Source: Chiloscyllium plagiosum (Eukaryota). From it: a stretch of 64,000 nt of DNA. Of this stretch, positions 51,755-63,955 are shown one piece after another (position 1 is the first letter of the stretch; each line of letters starts with the position of its first letter). The stretch is from positions 14,580,455 through 14,644,454 of the forward strand of contig NC_057718.1 of assembly GCF_004010195.1 (NCBI RefSeq). The letters are read 5' to 3'. The position numbers and the translations under genes were made by a program. A model generated the notes under the pieces. That model ran no database searches, was not told the DNA's origin, and saw only the letters and a program-made list of their open reading frames with translations.

Positions 51755-53045
51755 AAGAAAACGAGGACTGCAGATGCTGGAGATCAGAGTTGAGAGTGTG
51801 GTGCTGGAAAAGCGCAGCTGGTCAGGCAGCATCCGAGGAGCTGGAGAATTTTTTTTTCAAAAAATATACTTTATTCATAAAATAATTTGATGGTCTGTAC
51901 AGTCGGTCATGCCATACATACGTAAACATTTACATAAAGAGATCAGAATTTATCATTTTTATATACAGGTCTGTAGGTTTATCAATCATATGTCCATATA
52001 TTTAGCTGAGGCGTCAGCAGAGCCCAAATGACTGCGTGGGCCCCATGTTCTTCTTAGGCAGGCAGATGTTAGACGGTTGTCTTTCCTCACCGCGCCTTGG
52101 CGGCAGCTGGCCCAAGCTTCAGCGCGTTCCTCAACACATAGTCCTGGACCTTGGAATGTGCCAGTCTGCAACACTCAGTCGGGGTCAACTCCTTCAGCTG
52201 GAAGATCAACAGGTTTCGGACCACCCAGAGAGCGTCCTTCACCGAGTTGATGATCCTCCAGGCACAGTTGATGTTTGTCTCGGTGTGCGTCCCGGGGAAC
52301 AGGCCGTAGAGCACGGAGTCCCGCGTCACGGCGCTGCTTGGGACAGACCTCGACAAACACCACTGCATTCCTCTCCAGACTTCCTCTGCATAGGCACATT
52401 CCAGAAGGAGATGTGTGACAGTCTCGTCCCCCCGGAGCCGCTTCGAGGGCAGCGTGCGGTGCGGCTGAGAGTCCGGGTGTGCATAAAGGATCTCACAGGC
52501 AGAGCCCTTCTCACCACCAGCCAAGCCATGTCTTGGTGCTTGTTGGAAAGTTCTGGCGATGAGGCATTCTGCCAAATGGCTTTGACAGTCTGCTCAGGGA
52601 ACCGCTCGATAGGATCCGCCGTCTCCTTTTCCCGAAGGGTCTCAAGGTCACTACGTGCTGACCACTTCCTAATGGACTTGTGGTCAAAGGTGTTTTTCTT
52701 CATAAACTTCTCCACGAAGGACAGGTGGTACGGAACGGTCCAACTACTCGGAGCGTTCCGTGGCAGCGAGGCCAGGCCCATCCTTCACAACACCGGGGAC
52801 AGGTAGAACCTCAGTACGTAGTGACACTTGGTGTTTGTGTACCGGGGATCCACGCACAGCTTGATGCAGCCACACACAAAGGTGGCCATCAGGGTGAGGG
52901 TGGCATTGGGTGTGTTTTTTCCCCCATTGCACCGGTCCCAAACCAAATGGAGAATTGACGTTTCAGGCATGAGCCCTTTGTCAATTCTCCTACTCCTTGG
53001 ATGCTGCCTGATCTGCTGTGCTTTTCCAGTACCACACTCTCGACT
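51755..53045. mobile_element. Short fold-back Penelope-like insertion (family 1; 51755-51850 plus 52948-53045) with a 12-bp TSD, split by a Tx1-like LINE
   Basis: CCA(T/C)TTAACCAG at 51743-51754 and 53046-53057. Inverted arms, with a hammerhead remnant gacgtttcaggcatgagccctt at about 52957-52978. Confidence 0.75.
51851..52947 (-). mobile_element. 5'-truncated Tx1/L1-clade LINE (ORF2 C-terminal zinc-knuckle region, 3' UTR, poly(A))
   Basis: Frameshifted ...AWLVVRRALPVRSF...CPRSG / DETVTHLLLEC...VW...DALWVVRN. AATAAA (51870-51875) precedes an A-tail. TSD TGGAGAATT at 51842-51850 and 52948-52956. Confidence 0.85.
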
Positions 53046-53164
53046 CCACTTAACCAGCTCAGTCTACTGCAGAAACAAAACAGACTCCTCTCCCTCTCTC
53101 TCCCACTCTCGCAGAAATAAAGCTTCCTGGACAATTTGCTGGGCGTGTTTGCTACACAGATATA

Positions 53165-53690
53165 AAGCCATAGAGTCATACAGCATGGAAATGGACCCTT
53201 TGGTCCAACCAATCCAAGCTGCCCAAGTACTATACAAGTTCCACTTGCCGATGCTTGGCCCATATCCCTCTAAACTTTGGATGTACCTATCCAAATATAT
53301 TTTAAATGTTGCAACTGTACCTGCATCTACCACTTCCTCTGGCAGTTCATTCCACATACGTACTTATTCTGTATGAAACAGTTGCCCCTCAGGTCACTTT
53401 TAAGTCTTATTCCTCTCACCTTAATATTATGCCCTCTAGTTTTGAACTCCCCCATCCTGGATAAAAGACCTTGGCTATTCACCATATTTACGCGACTCGT
53501 GATTTTATAAGATTACCCCTCAACCTCCTATGCACCAGTGAAAACATTCCCGTGCCTATCGAACCTCTGCTTATAACTCAAACTGTTCAATCCTGGGAAC
53601 ATCCTTGTAAATCTTTTCTGCACCCTCTCCAATTTAATAATATCCTTCCCATTGCATGGTAACCAGAGCTGTACACACTATTCCAAATGT
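53165..53690 (-). mobile_element. CR1 LINE 3' fragment
   Basis: MWNELPEEVVDAGTVATFKIYLD and a catagagtcata tail. Confidence 0.8.
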
Positions 53691-54140
53691 TCTATTCTCA
53701 CACTTATAAAAGATCCCACTTTGCCCTCATTAGCATTTCTTCCTGTTTCTTGAGATGTGTTGCGATTTGTTTTCCTTGACTGTGCAGACGCAGCTATTAA
53801 GTCCCAACCACAGGACGAGCAGACATAGTGAAGGAAAGGTCTCCTTAACACCAGAGGACCATGGGGATCGCTCATTAGAGAGAGCTAACCAGTGGTGAGT
53901 TTAACCTGAGAGTCACCACACCTCACACAAACAGTGAGGTTGAGAAGCCAGGAATTGAACCCTTCGAACACAGATTAGAAATAAAGGGTCTCCCTTTTAA
54001 ATGGAAAGCAGATTTTTTTCTCTCTCTCAGATGATCAAGAGTCTCTGGAACTCTATTTCTCAGAATAGTGGAGGTGGAGTCATCTGGACTGATTGGGTGT
54101 CACAGAATATACCAGGATGGATAGGAAAGTGGAGTTAAGG

Positions 54141-54218
54141 GCTTTTGCCCGAAACGTCGATTTTGCCTGTCCTCGGATGCTGCCTGAACTGCTGTGCTCT
54201 TCCAGCACCACTGATCCA
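54141..54218 (+). mobile_element. 78-bp Penelope-like (family 1) fragment with a 16-bp TSD, starting within hammerhead stem II
   Basis: GAAAGTGGAGTTAAGG at 54125-54140 and 54219-54234. Insert (aagg)gcttttgcccgaaacgtcga...ccactgatcca. Confidence 0.75.
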
Positions 54219-54281
54219 GAAAGTGGAGTTAAGGCCACAGTCACATCATCCATGGTCTAATGGACAGGTGCAGTAGATTCT

Positions 54282-54590
54282 GGGCGGCACGGTGGCACAG
54301 TGGTTAGCACTGCTGTTTCACAGCGCCAGAGACCCGGGTTCAATTCCCGCCTCAGGCGACTGACTGTGTGGAGTTTGCACATTCTCCCCGTGTCTGCGTG
54401 GGTTTCCTCCGGGTGCTCCGGTTTCCTCCCACAGTCCAAAAATGTGCAGGTTAGGTGGATTGGCCATGCTAAATTGCCCGTAGTGTTAGGTGCAGGGGTA
54501 AATGTAGGGGAATGGGTCTGGGTGGGTGCGCTTCGGCGGGTCGGTGTGGACTTGTTGGGTGTTTCCACACTGTAAGTAATCTAATCTAAT
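54282..54590 (+). mobile_element. HE1-type SINE, young and CpG-rich
   Basis: GGGCGGCACGGTGGCACAGTGGTTAGC (box A), GGTTCAATTCC (box B), V-domain and (AATCT)n tail. Confidence 0.9.
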
Positions 54591-56379
54591 TCAAGGGGCC
54601 AAATAGCTTCTGTGTTTGTGACTTCCAGACACTGTTTGTCGTGGGTTTCTGACAAACAGTGTTTAAGGCTATTTGCATCTCAGACTTGTAAACCTCACAC
54701 CCACCCACCTTCAAGCTTCGCCCTGAGAGACAGAACCTGCTCTTTGTGGTGTCAGACACATATGGTAGAACCTCTGTTTAGGTCATGGCCCTGACATGAG
54801 GCTGATTTCTGAGGAGCACGTGTGGTGGGGCACCATCTTCCAGGAGAAGGTCAATTTTAGAAGCTGCCTCTCGAAGCATCACCCAGGCAGCCTGAGGATT
54901 GGGGAGGGGGTGGGGTTGGGGTGCTTGGACGCTGTAGGTTTGGGGGGGGTGTTTGCGGTGGGGTGTGCGCTGGGGGTAGGNNNNNNNNNNNNNNNNNNNN
55001 NNNNNNNNNNNNNAGAAGGAGGTAGTGGAAGAGGGAGGTGGGGAAGAGGGTTGTGGGGAAGGGTGGAGGGGGAGATAGGGGAAGATGGAGGTGGGGACAA
55101 GAGGGAGATGGGGAGGGGGCAGGTACAAGAAGAAAAGGGAAGGGGTGGTGGGAGGGAGCACCAATCAGAGCAGCCAAATTGCAGAGACATGCAGCAGGCC
55201 CACAGTGAGTGCTGTTGAGGTGAATGGAGGGAAGGAGGGCACATCACAAAATGGAGGCATTGTAAAGGTAAGGTACAGTCCCAGTGGACAGTGCGGCTGC
55301 TCCCTCATCAGTGAGAGAGATGATGGTGGTGCTTTAACCTGAGAATCACCATGCCTCAGCTGAGGGGAGAGATAGAGAAGGTGCGACCTCCATTGTGAGG
55401 TCAGACTGTGCTCCTGAAGGGCCCCTGCAAGTGGGCCTAGTGGAGCAGATTCTGAGGAAACGTCAGAACCAGGTCAATGTCGGGGGAGGTGGGGTAAAGA
55501 TCCTGTGGGAAAGGGACTGGAGATTGCAGGCATTGTAAGGTAGGGTCTGTAAGGATATCCCAATACACCGGGGGGGGGGGGGGGGGGGGTGGAGGAAGCA
55601 CTGTGAGACGGAGATGCAGACTGGGGAAATCTTTAACCAGTAACTACTTGTGGGCCTTGGCATTAAAGCTTTAAAAAAAAGTCATGAAGCAAAGGCTGGA
55701 TACAAACAGATGTTGGCGGGATGTTAGTGGTTGTGCTTTCCCCAGGGATCTATGCTCTTCTTTTGTTTTCCATTTATAGAAATCATTTGAACCTGAGACA
55801 CTAAAGTTTGCAAATGGAGCTCTAAATGGTAAAACATAAGGAGAAAGAATGCACTTAATTTAGTTTTTGCTTGCTTAAAAACACTTTCTTGACAACACAC
55901 TTTCTGGAGACTGCACTTACAATGTTGAGTCAACCTTGACTGTCAGCTGCTGTGAGCAGTGAGAGGGGATAGGTTTAAATCTGACCAGAGTTTTGACAAA
56001 GTTTCCTAAATTTCAAAATCTAATTCGCACGGGATGCCCAATTCAGGACAATAAGACTGACTGAATAGCTCTATTACAGGTATGATGGGCTGAACGATCT
56101 TCTACAGCCATTGATTGAATCAATGACCCAGGGCAGGGTGACCGATCTGCAGCAGAAGCATGTCAACCTAACAACCACCTGCATTTATGTAGCATCCCGG
56201 GGAGGGGTGTGGAAAGCAGGGGAAGGTGTGTGCACGCTCTGGATAAACAGCACATTGGAATTTGTGAAGCCACCAGTCAGAGGGAACGATTGTGATTATT
56301 TTCAGAGAAGCAAGACAACACTGAAACCAAGCATCCAAAGCCTGTACAACATGAGCTGCTCAGACTTCAGTTAAAGTAC

Positions 56380-56447
56380 CTGGGATAGAGGCCAACACCG
56401 ATCTCTTGCATCTCCCCATCGCTGATGGTGAAACAGTTGCACGTCAC
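56380..56447 (-). CDS. SMYD3: SMYD3-like internal coding exon (68 bp; equivalent to human exon 6 as I recall it), SET domain: VTCNCFTISDGEMQEIGVGLYP(S)
   Basis: Minus strand reads CTTGTTCCCACAG|GTGACGTGC...CTCTATCCCAG|GTACTT. The peptide resembles SMYD3 VICNSFTICNAEMQEVGVGLYPS. It ends in phase 2, matching the next exon. Too short for the ORF track. Confidence 0.93.
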
Positions 56448-57189
56448 CTGTGGGAACAAGAAGGAAAGCCTCTTATTACCAGAAACTTCCGTGAAGAATG
56501 CCAGACACTTGGTCAGACAACAGGCGTTCATGTGGAGATCCTGTACTTGTTAACTGTGCAGAATCTCCCAACACAGGGGCTTAATTCACACGTATTTATC
56601 CACTGTTAACATGAATCTATTACGCACAGCCAGGCCTGTGAATTGAGGCAGCTTCGCTGACTGTCTCCCTATAAGGATTTGTTGTGCAAATTGGGTGACC
56701 AGGGTGAATGAAATAGAGCCCTATTTTAACATTCCACTGCTCTCGCTCCCTCCACGATTAACTTTGGAAAATGAATATAGTGCTTGAGTAATGAACATTC
56801 TGCACTTTATAATTACAGATTTATTTTACATGAAAAAGAAGAATGTGACGATACTGATTGTACTCCGCAGTGGTCTACATTTTTGAGTCGAATATTGCCA
56901 AGGAGAGATGGTGTGGATGACTTTAGGTGCAATTTTCACAAATCAAGAATCATTACGATAAAGTGGGCTGGATTAAAATTACGTTGTTTGATGTTGTTTA
57001 CCTGTTGGCAGTTTTGGAACAGTCATGCAGATTTGTGAACACTGTCACATAGACAGAATGAGAGACACAGTGTAAAATTTTGGGATTCACCATGACATAA
57101 ATGTAGATGTGTGACAGTGTATTTGGAGCGTGACCTTTCAATCCCACTCTGCCGCATCCTGTTCTTTTCCTTGTGTGACATCATGACTA

Positions 57190-57860
57190 GTTAGAGTGTT
57201 AGAGATGTACGTCACGGGAACAGACCACCTTGTCCATGCCAACCAGATATCCTCAATCAATCTGGTCCCACCTGCCAGCACTTGGCCCATATCCCTCCAA
57301 ACCCTTACTATTCATATAGCCATCCAGGTGCCTCTTAAATGTCGTAATTTTGCCAGTCTTCACCATTTCCTCTGGCAGCTCATTCCATACACGCACCACC
57401 CTCTGCACAAAACAGTTGCCCCTCAGGTGCCTTTTAAGTCTTTCCCCCCTCACCTTAAACCTATGCCCTCTATCTTTGGACTCCCCTACACTTGGAAAAA
57501 GACCTTGGCTGTTCACTCTATCCATGTCTCTCATGATTTTATAAGCCGCTATAAAATCACCCCTCAGCCTCCGACGCTCCAGGGAAAATAGCCCCAGTCT
57601 ATTCAGCCTCTCCCTGTAGCTCAAACCCTCCAACCCTTGCAACATTCTTGTAAATCTTTCTTGAACCCTTTCAAGTTTAACAACACCTTTCCTATTGACT
57701 AGAATTGAACACAATATTCAAAAAGTGGCCTAACCAATGTCCTGTACAGCCGCAACATGACCTCCCAACTCCTGTACTCAATACTCTGACCAATGAAGGT
57801 ATGCGTAACAACTGCCTTCTTCACTATCCTGTCTCCCTGCAACCCCACTTTCAAAGAATG
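57190..57860 (-). mobile_element. CR1 LINE 3' portion
   Basis: ORF 57253..57714: KLERVQERFTRML.GLEGLSYRERLNRLGLFSLERRRLRGD...WNELP. Confidence 0.9.
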
Positions 57861-60379
57861 CACACCATTAATTCAGTTCTTCACACACTGAAATATTGCC
57901 AATCTAGCTGCTGTCTGATTTGCCTTGTGGTTGTGCTAGTCCTGGGGTGACAAAAATGGCTGCATGTGGGTGAGTGGGGTGTAATGAATTGGAGTACTCA
58001 GTGTGTGGGCAGTGTACTGAAGGAGACAGTGGTGCACATTACTGGAGCAGTGATCCAAAGTCCAGCGGCCTTGCTCAGAGTGTTTAAGCCGTCAACAAAG
58101 GCAATCCTCTTGCTGCCAGAACCGAAGAAAACTGACTCGGGCAAAAACAGAGATATGTTCAACAGGGAAAGTCGACGGGACCTTGTGGTGACTATATCGA
58201 TGAATCAGCAAAACAAAATAATTCAGACATAGAAGGGACATACACAGTAGGAGGCCATTCAGCCCATTGTGCGCACACTGGTACTTTTAAAAGTATGTCC
58301 ATTTTTCTCACTCATTCTGTTCTTCACAATCGACTTGCAATTTTTATCCCTGAAGTATTCAAGTACTCAGCTGGAAACATGCTGTGGTGTTGCTTCTACT
58401 ACCCACTCAGGCAGAGCCTTTCAGATCCCAGCCTTGTTTTTGTCTCTCCTCAAAGTACAATGCGTTGTTTATTCACAGAGATATCATTCACTCTCTTCTC
58501 CATCTCATACATTCACTCCCTCCACCCACAGCACTGTGCCTGTACCTACACCAAGTGGACTGCACTGACTCGGGAAGGTGGCTCACCATCACCTTCTCAA
58601 CAACAATTTGGGAATGGACAATGTCCTAGCCCACGACATCCACATCCCAGGAATGATGTGAATGCATTGGAGGCAGTTGATACCTGGAATGAGCAGGGTG
58701 TCTGGTGAAGAGAGGACAAATTGGTGAACTTCCTGATCCATAACTCACCATACCCCCACCCCCTCCTTAAGATGCACCTTCAAACATGTCAGCCAGGGAT
58801 GGCTGGGAGGATGTAAAACTCAGTCCAGTGTCTCTGAACAAATGTTTGGGGCCTAAGCATTGTAAAAAGAATTATACCTTTACTACGGTGCAGTTATTAA
58901 GCATGTACAGAAGGAGATGTCACCTTTTCATCAAATCACATGGGTCTGTCAGGCTCCAGGTATGAAGTCCTCTCTGTATTTAGTTCTGTTCAATAAAGCC
59001 TCTTACTGTTCACTCATAAGAGTGTCGATCTCATCTTACAACAAGCATATTCCTTGAGCTTAATCCTTTCATGTAAATGAATTACTCAGATAAAGGGGTT
59101 TTACAATTAATTCAGCTCAGAGTAAGCTAACCCACGATCTAATTAACTGGTGCTAATGCTGGCTTATCAAATTCTTCGTACAATTATTGCACTTTTTTTA
59201 AAAAATTACCGTTTTGTTTCAAGAACGGAAAATCTAAAACAAAGTCCAATAGTTTATTCCACGAGGTGATCCGTGATCCGAATTAAACAGGACCTCTCCC
59301 TGCCATATTCCAAAGGGCTCTCTGTTAACTGGCTGCAGGACCACCCACAGGCGCACAATCTCTGTGGTCTCATCCAGTGGTTGGGAGAGGATAAACGTAA
59401 TAACAGTGCACGAACCACTTTAGCAGCACAAGGAACAAAGTGCAGTGTAACTTTATTGGAAGAGATACTTAATTGTAATCATATATCGGGATACAAAACC
59501 AGCTGTTATAATAACAACATTCATCACAAGCCTCAATCCGACTCATCTGTGTTTTAACACATCTCCCTGACACAAACCATCGTTTAACATGGCTAAATAA
59601 GGTATGTTTCTTCAGAATCATTAATGAGCCTTTCTCCACTGTGTGACAAAGGGTCTCGCTTCAATGCAATTGATGTTTCCCCGAGTATGATAAGGGAGGG
59701 AGGTGGGGGTTTGTGGGGAAGGCTACATTTCACCCAGGCTTTACTCCGAGGTTGTGCTGCTCATTAGGGATGCAAAGCAATACAAGCAGCTGCTGCCATT
59801 TTGCCAAGAGGCTTAGTCCATTGTGTCACGTGTAAAACCGAGTCGAAACAGGAAGCAGATCTACTGATATGTGATAACATGCTTGAAGCTCTATAACAGG
59901 CCACTGGGCCTAAGGCAGAGGCCTAAGGACTCCTTTTATCAGCCTCCCTTAACCGTACCCATAGGCCGGACTGTAACCCCCTCCAGGCTGGGCTCCAGCC
60001 CAGCAGAGTCGCACAGCAATCAACATCATAGTAAGAGGCACTTTAATTGACCAAGAAAACAGGATGCACTGGGAATTCATGTCATTTGATATCTTCCTTT
60101 GCACTCACTGTCAATATTGTAGAAATTTAGTAAACTTTGTTGCAAAACCACCGTCAAAGCTCAGCACAGGCAGTTATAGAGCCACGGAGTCATAGAGATA
60201 CACAGCCCAGAGAGAGACCCTTCAGTCCAACTTGTCCAGGCAGACCAGATATTCTAAATTAATGTAGTCCCATTTGCCAACATCACATGATAGAAAGCGC
60301 ATTAGGGTAATAGAACAGAGCGAGGAATACAATGTTACAGCTGTAGAGGTCAACATTAAATTTCAGAAGTCTATTAACA

Positions 60380-60582
60380 TGGAAGAAGCTGTTCTGGAAT
60401 CTGTTTAAGCGTTTGTATCTGCTGCCCAAAGGAAAAGGTTGGAAGAGATGATAATCAGTCAGGAGGGGTCTTTGATCATGTTGGCTGCCTTTCTGAGGCA
60501 GTGGGGAGTATAGATGGAGTCAGTGGATGGGAGGTTGGCTTGTGTGGTGGACTAGGCTGTGTTTACAACTCTCTGTAGTTGA
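60380..60582 (-). mobile_element. Rex1/Babar-like LINE C-terminal fragment
   Basis: Minus translation LQRVVNTA*STTQANLPSTDSIYTPHCLRKAANMIKDPS. Confidence 0.55.
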
Positions 60583-61019
60583 TAGTCAAGGAATGTGTGC
60601 TCATAATGCAGCCAACTAGGCTCAGTATCAGCTTGTAAATCTTTCCAACACATACTAATGGCAGGTGGGAAGATTGGGAGAGAATGCTGGTCAGCCACAT
60701 GAGGGAAAAAAAGTTGGAGCCCCTACCAGTACTCTGTATTGATCCAGAATACATCACACTTGTGTAACTGCATGTTGTTTCAGCAGGTTAGACTGCCTGG
60801 GGGCCTGATAGCTAGTGTGGATCAAATTGGTACTGTCGATATGGGGTTTGAACACTCTTCCAGCAGGGGAAGATTCAGGACTTGTCACTTTGGTCAGTTG
60901 TTGAGCACTGTGGGCTCAAAATGCCTTTGGCCAGAGAAATAAAAGAAAAAAACAATACAAGAGAAAGGTCTTCAGCCAGAGAGGGGCGAAAATGCAGAAT
61001 AGTTGGAAGAAATAGCATA

Positions 61020-62792
61020 GCCATAGTCATAGAGTCATAGAGATGTACAGCATGGTAACAGACCCTTCAGTCCAACCCATCCATGCCGACCAGATATCCC
61101 AACCCAATCTAGTCCCACCTGCCAGCGCCTGGCCCATATCCCTCCAAACCCTTCCTATTCATATACCCAAAAAATGCCTCTTAAATGTTGCAATTGTACC
61201 AGCCTCCACCACATCCTCTGGCAGCTCATTCCATACACATACCACACTCTGCGTGAAAACGTTGCCCCATAGGTCTCTTTTATATCTTTCCCCTCTCACC
61301 CTAAACCTATGCCCTCTAGTTCTGGACTCCCCGAGCCCAGGGAAAAGACTTTGTCTATTTATCCTATCCATTCCCCTCATAATTTTGTAAACCTCTATAA
61401 GGTCACCCCTCAGCCTCCAACGCTCCAGGGANNNNNNNNNNNNNNNNNNNNNNNNNNNNNNNNNNNNNNNNNNNNNNNNNNNNNNNNNNNNNNNNNNNNN
61501 NNNNNNNNNNNNNNNNNNNNNNNNNNNNNNNNNNNNNNNNNNNNNNNNNNNNNNNNNNNNNNNNNNNNNNNNNNNNNNNNNNNNNNNNNNNNNNNNNNNN
61601 NNNNNNNNNNNNNNNNNNNNNNNNNNNNNNNNNNNNNNNNNNNNNNNNNNNNNNNNNNNNNNNNNNNNNNNNNNNNNNNNNNNNNNNNNNNNNNNNNNNN
61701 NNNNNNNNNNNNNNNNNNNNNNNNNNNNNNNNNNNNNNNNNNNNNNNNNNNCCACTGGTCACAGGCCTCCAGTTTGAAAAACACCCCTCCACCACCATCC
61801 TCTGTCTTCTACCTTTGAGCCAGTTCTGTTTCCAAATGGCTAGTTCTCCCTGTATTCCATGAGATCTAACCTTGCTAATCAGTCTCCCATGGGGAACCTT
61901 GTCGAACGCCTTACTGAAGTCCATATAGATCACATCTACTGCTCTGCCCTCATCAATCTTCTTTGTTACTTCTTCAAAAAGCTCAATCAAGTTTGTGAGA
62001 CATGATTTCCCACACACAAAGCCATGTTGACTATCCCGAATCAGTCCTTGCCTTTCCAAATACATGTACATCCTGTCCCTCAGGATTCCCCCAACAACTT
62101 GCCCATCACCGAGGTCAGGCTCACCGGTCTATAGTTCCCTGACTCGTCTTTACCACCCTTCTTAAACAGTGGCACCATATTTGCCAACCTCCAGTCTTCC
62201 GGCACCTCACCTGTGTCTATCAATGATACAAATATCTCAGCAAGAGGTCCAGCAATCACTTCTCTAGCTTCCCACAGAGTTCTCGGGTACACCTGATCAA
62301 GTCCTGGAGATTTATCCACCTTTAACCGTTTCAAAACATCCAGCACTTCTTCCTCTGTAATTTTGCAAGATGTCACCATCTATTTCCCTACAGTCTACAT
62401 CTTCCATATTCTTTTCCACAGTAAATACTGATGCAAAATATTCATTTAGTATCTCCCCCATTTTCTGTGGCTCCACACAAAGGCCGCCTTGCTGATCTTT
62501 GAGGGGGCCTAATCTCTCCCTAGTTACACTTTTGCCCTTAATATATTTGTAAAAACCCTTTGGATTCTCCTTAATTCTATTTGCAAAGCTATCTCATGTC
62601 CCCTTTTTGCCCTCCAGATTTCCCTCTTAAGTATACTCCTACTTCCTTTATACTCTTCTAAGGATTCACTCGATCTATCCTGTCTGTACCTGACATATAT
62701 TTCCTTCTTTTTCTTAACCAAACCCTCAATTTCTTTAGTCATCCAGCATTCCCTATACCTACCAGCCTTCCCTTTCACCCTGACAGGAATAT
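61020..62792 (-). mobile_element. CR1 (HER1-type) LINE, tether to RT to 3' end, gapped and frameshifted
   Basis: ORFs 62524..62970, 62080..62379, 61403..62071 and 61159..61755 carry CR1 ORF2 motifs. Same subfamily as 46910-48555. Confidence 0.92.
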
Positions 62793-63639
62793 AGTCAATG
62801 GAATAGAAGGGGATATACTGACTGGATTCAGTGAACTGGGATGGGAACAGGTTGATGTGAAACTTATACACTAGCATGGGTGAGTTGGACTGAATGGCCT
62901 GTTTCTGTGTTGTATGTCTCATGAATTCTGCAATCCTGTAAGCAGATCTGATATTGCAAGTTGTGCTCACTCAAATTGGCCAGGCATAGGGCAAGTTGTG
63001 CTCACTCAAATTGACTTGCAAATGATGAGTGGTTAAAACCATCTCAGAGTGTGAGTTGGTGAAATCCTGCATACCAAGGCCACTTACAGTTCCAGGTCTC
63101 CAGTGTCTAAAGGTGTGGAAGAGGAAAATGTTGGTCAGTAAACATTCTAGAAGAAAGAGTAAAGAAAACATGCTTTTTTTAGCAGTAGGGCAGAGGCTGG
63201 TGCCCATTAACAGAGTGCAGCTTGCCTCCTTATTTCCTGCCAATGTTGGCTCCCTCATGTCAGGTCATCCGAATGAGACTGAACCAGAAATTTATCAGGG
63301 GCTGGGAGCTGTGGTGAGGGAGAGCCCCAACTGATGACCCAGGCTTGTGGAATTGAGATTCCACCTTGTGAGGTGCATGGTTCTTTCACGTTTGACATCT
63401 GAACCATCATCAGGTGACTCCTTTGTCTCCCCTCCTTCCCTGGAAATACAATAAACTTGTGCAGCATCTGAAACTACTCAAATGTGTAACACTCCTGTGG
63501 GTTCTGTATAAGTGGAATGTCAGTACTCAACTTTTTAATTCTTTCCCAAGATATGGGCAAGACCGGCTGGGCCAGCAGTTTTTTTGGCCATCACTAATTG
63601 ACCAGGAGAAGGTAGTGGCGAGCTCCTGCAGTACTTGAC

Positions 63640-63955
63640 CAAGGTCTTTTCCCCAGGGTGGGGGAGGGTTCAAAACTAGGGGGCATATTTTTAAGGTGAG
63701 AGAATAAAGATTTAACAAAGACATGGGGCAATTGTATTTACACAGACAGTGATTCATGTGTGGAACAAACTGTCAGAAGACGTGGTGGATGCTGGTACAG
63801 TTATAACATTGTAAAGATATTTGGATAAGTACCATAGCAGGAGAGGTTTGGAGATACAGGCCAAGCGCAAGCAGATGGGACTAGTTTAGTTTGGGAAGAT
63901 AGTCGGTGTGGACTGGTTGGACCAAAGGGTCTGGTTCCGTGCTGTATGACTCTGT
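63640..63955 (+). mobile_element. CR1 LINE 3' fragment
   Basis: aaaactagggggcatatttttaaggtgagag...tggaacaaactgtcagaag...gtgctgtatgactct. Confidence 0.75.

Noticed and set aside
18288..54590. tRNA genes at box A/box B motifs
   Set aside because: They are SINE heads continuing into V-domain or other SINE bodies, with no complete cloverleaf.
54890..55160. G-rich tract as a G-quadruplex or promoter
   Set aside because: It is low-complexity purine-rich sequence broken by a gap, with no CpG island or other support.
7689..62071. Long ORFs of 250-566 aa in the ORF track
   Set aside because: They are inflated by N-gaps translated as X. The real parts are CR1 or PLE fragments.
62956..63013. 23-bp direct repeat GCAAGTTGTGCTCACTCAAATTG with a 12-nt spacer
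   Set aside because: There are only two copies, best explained as a small local duplication.
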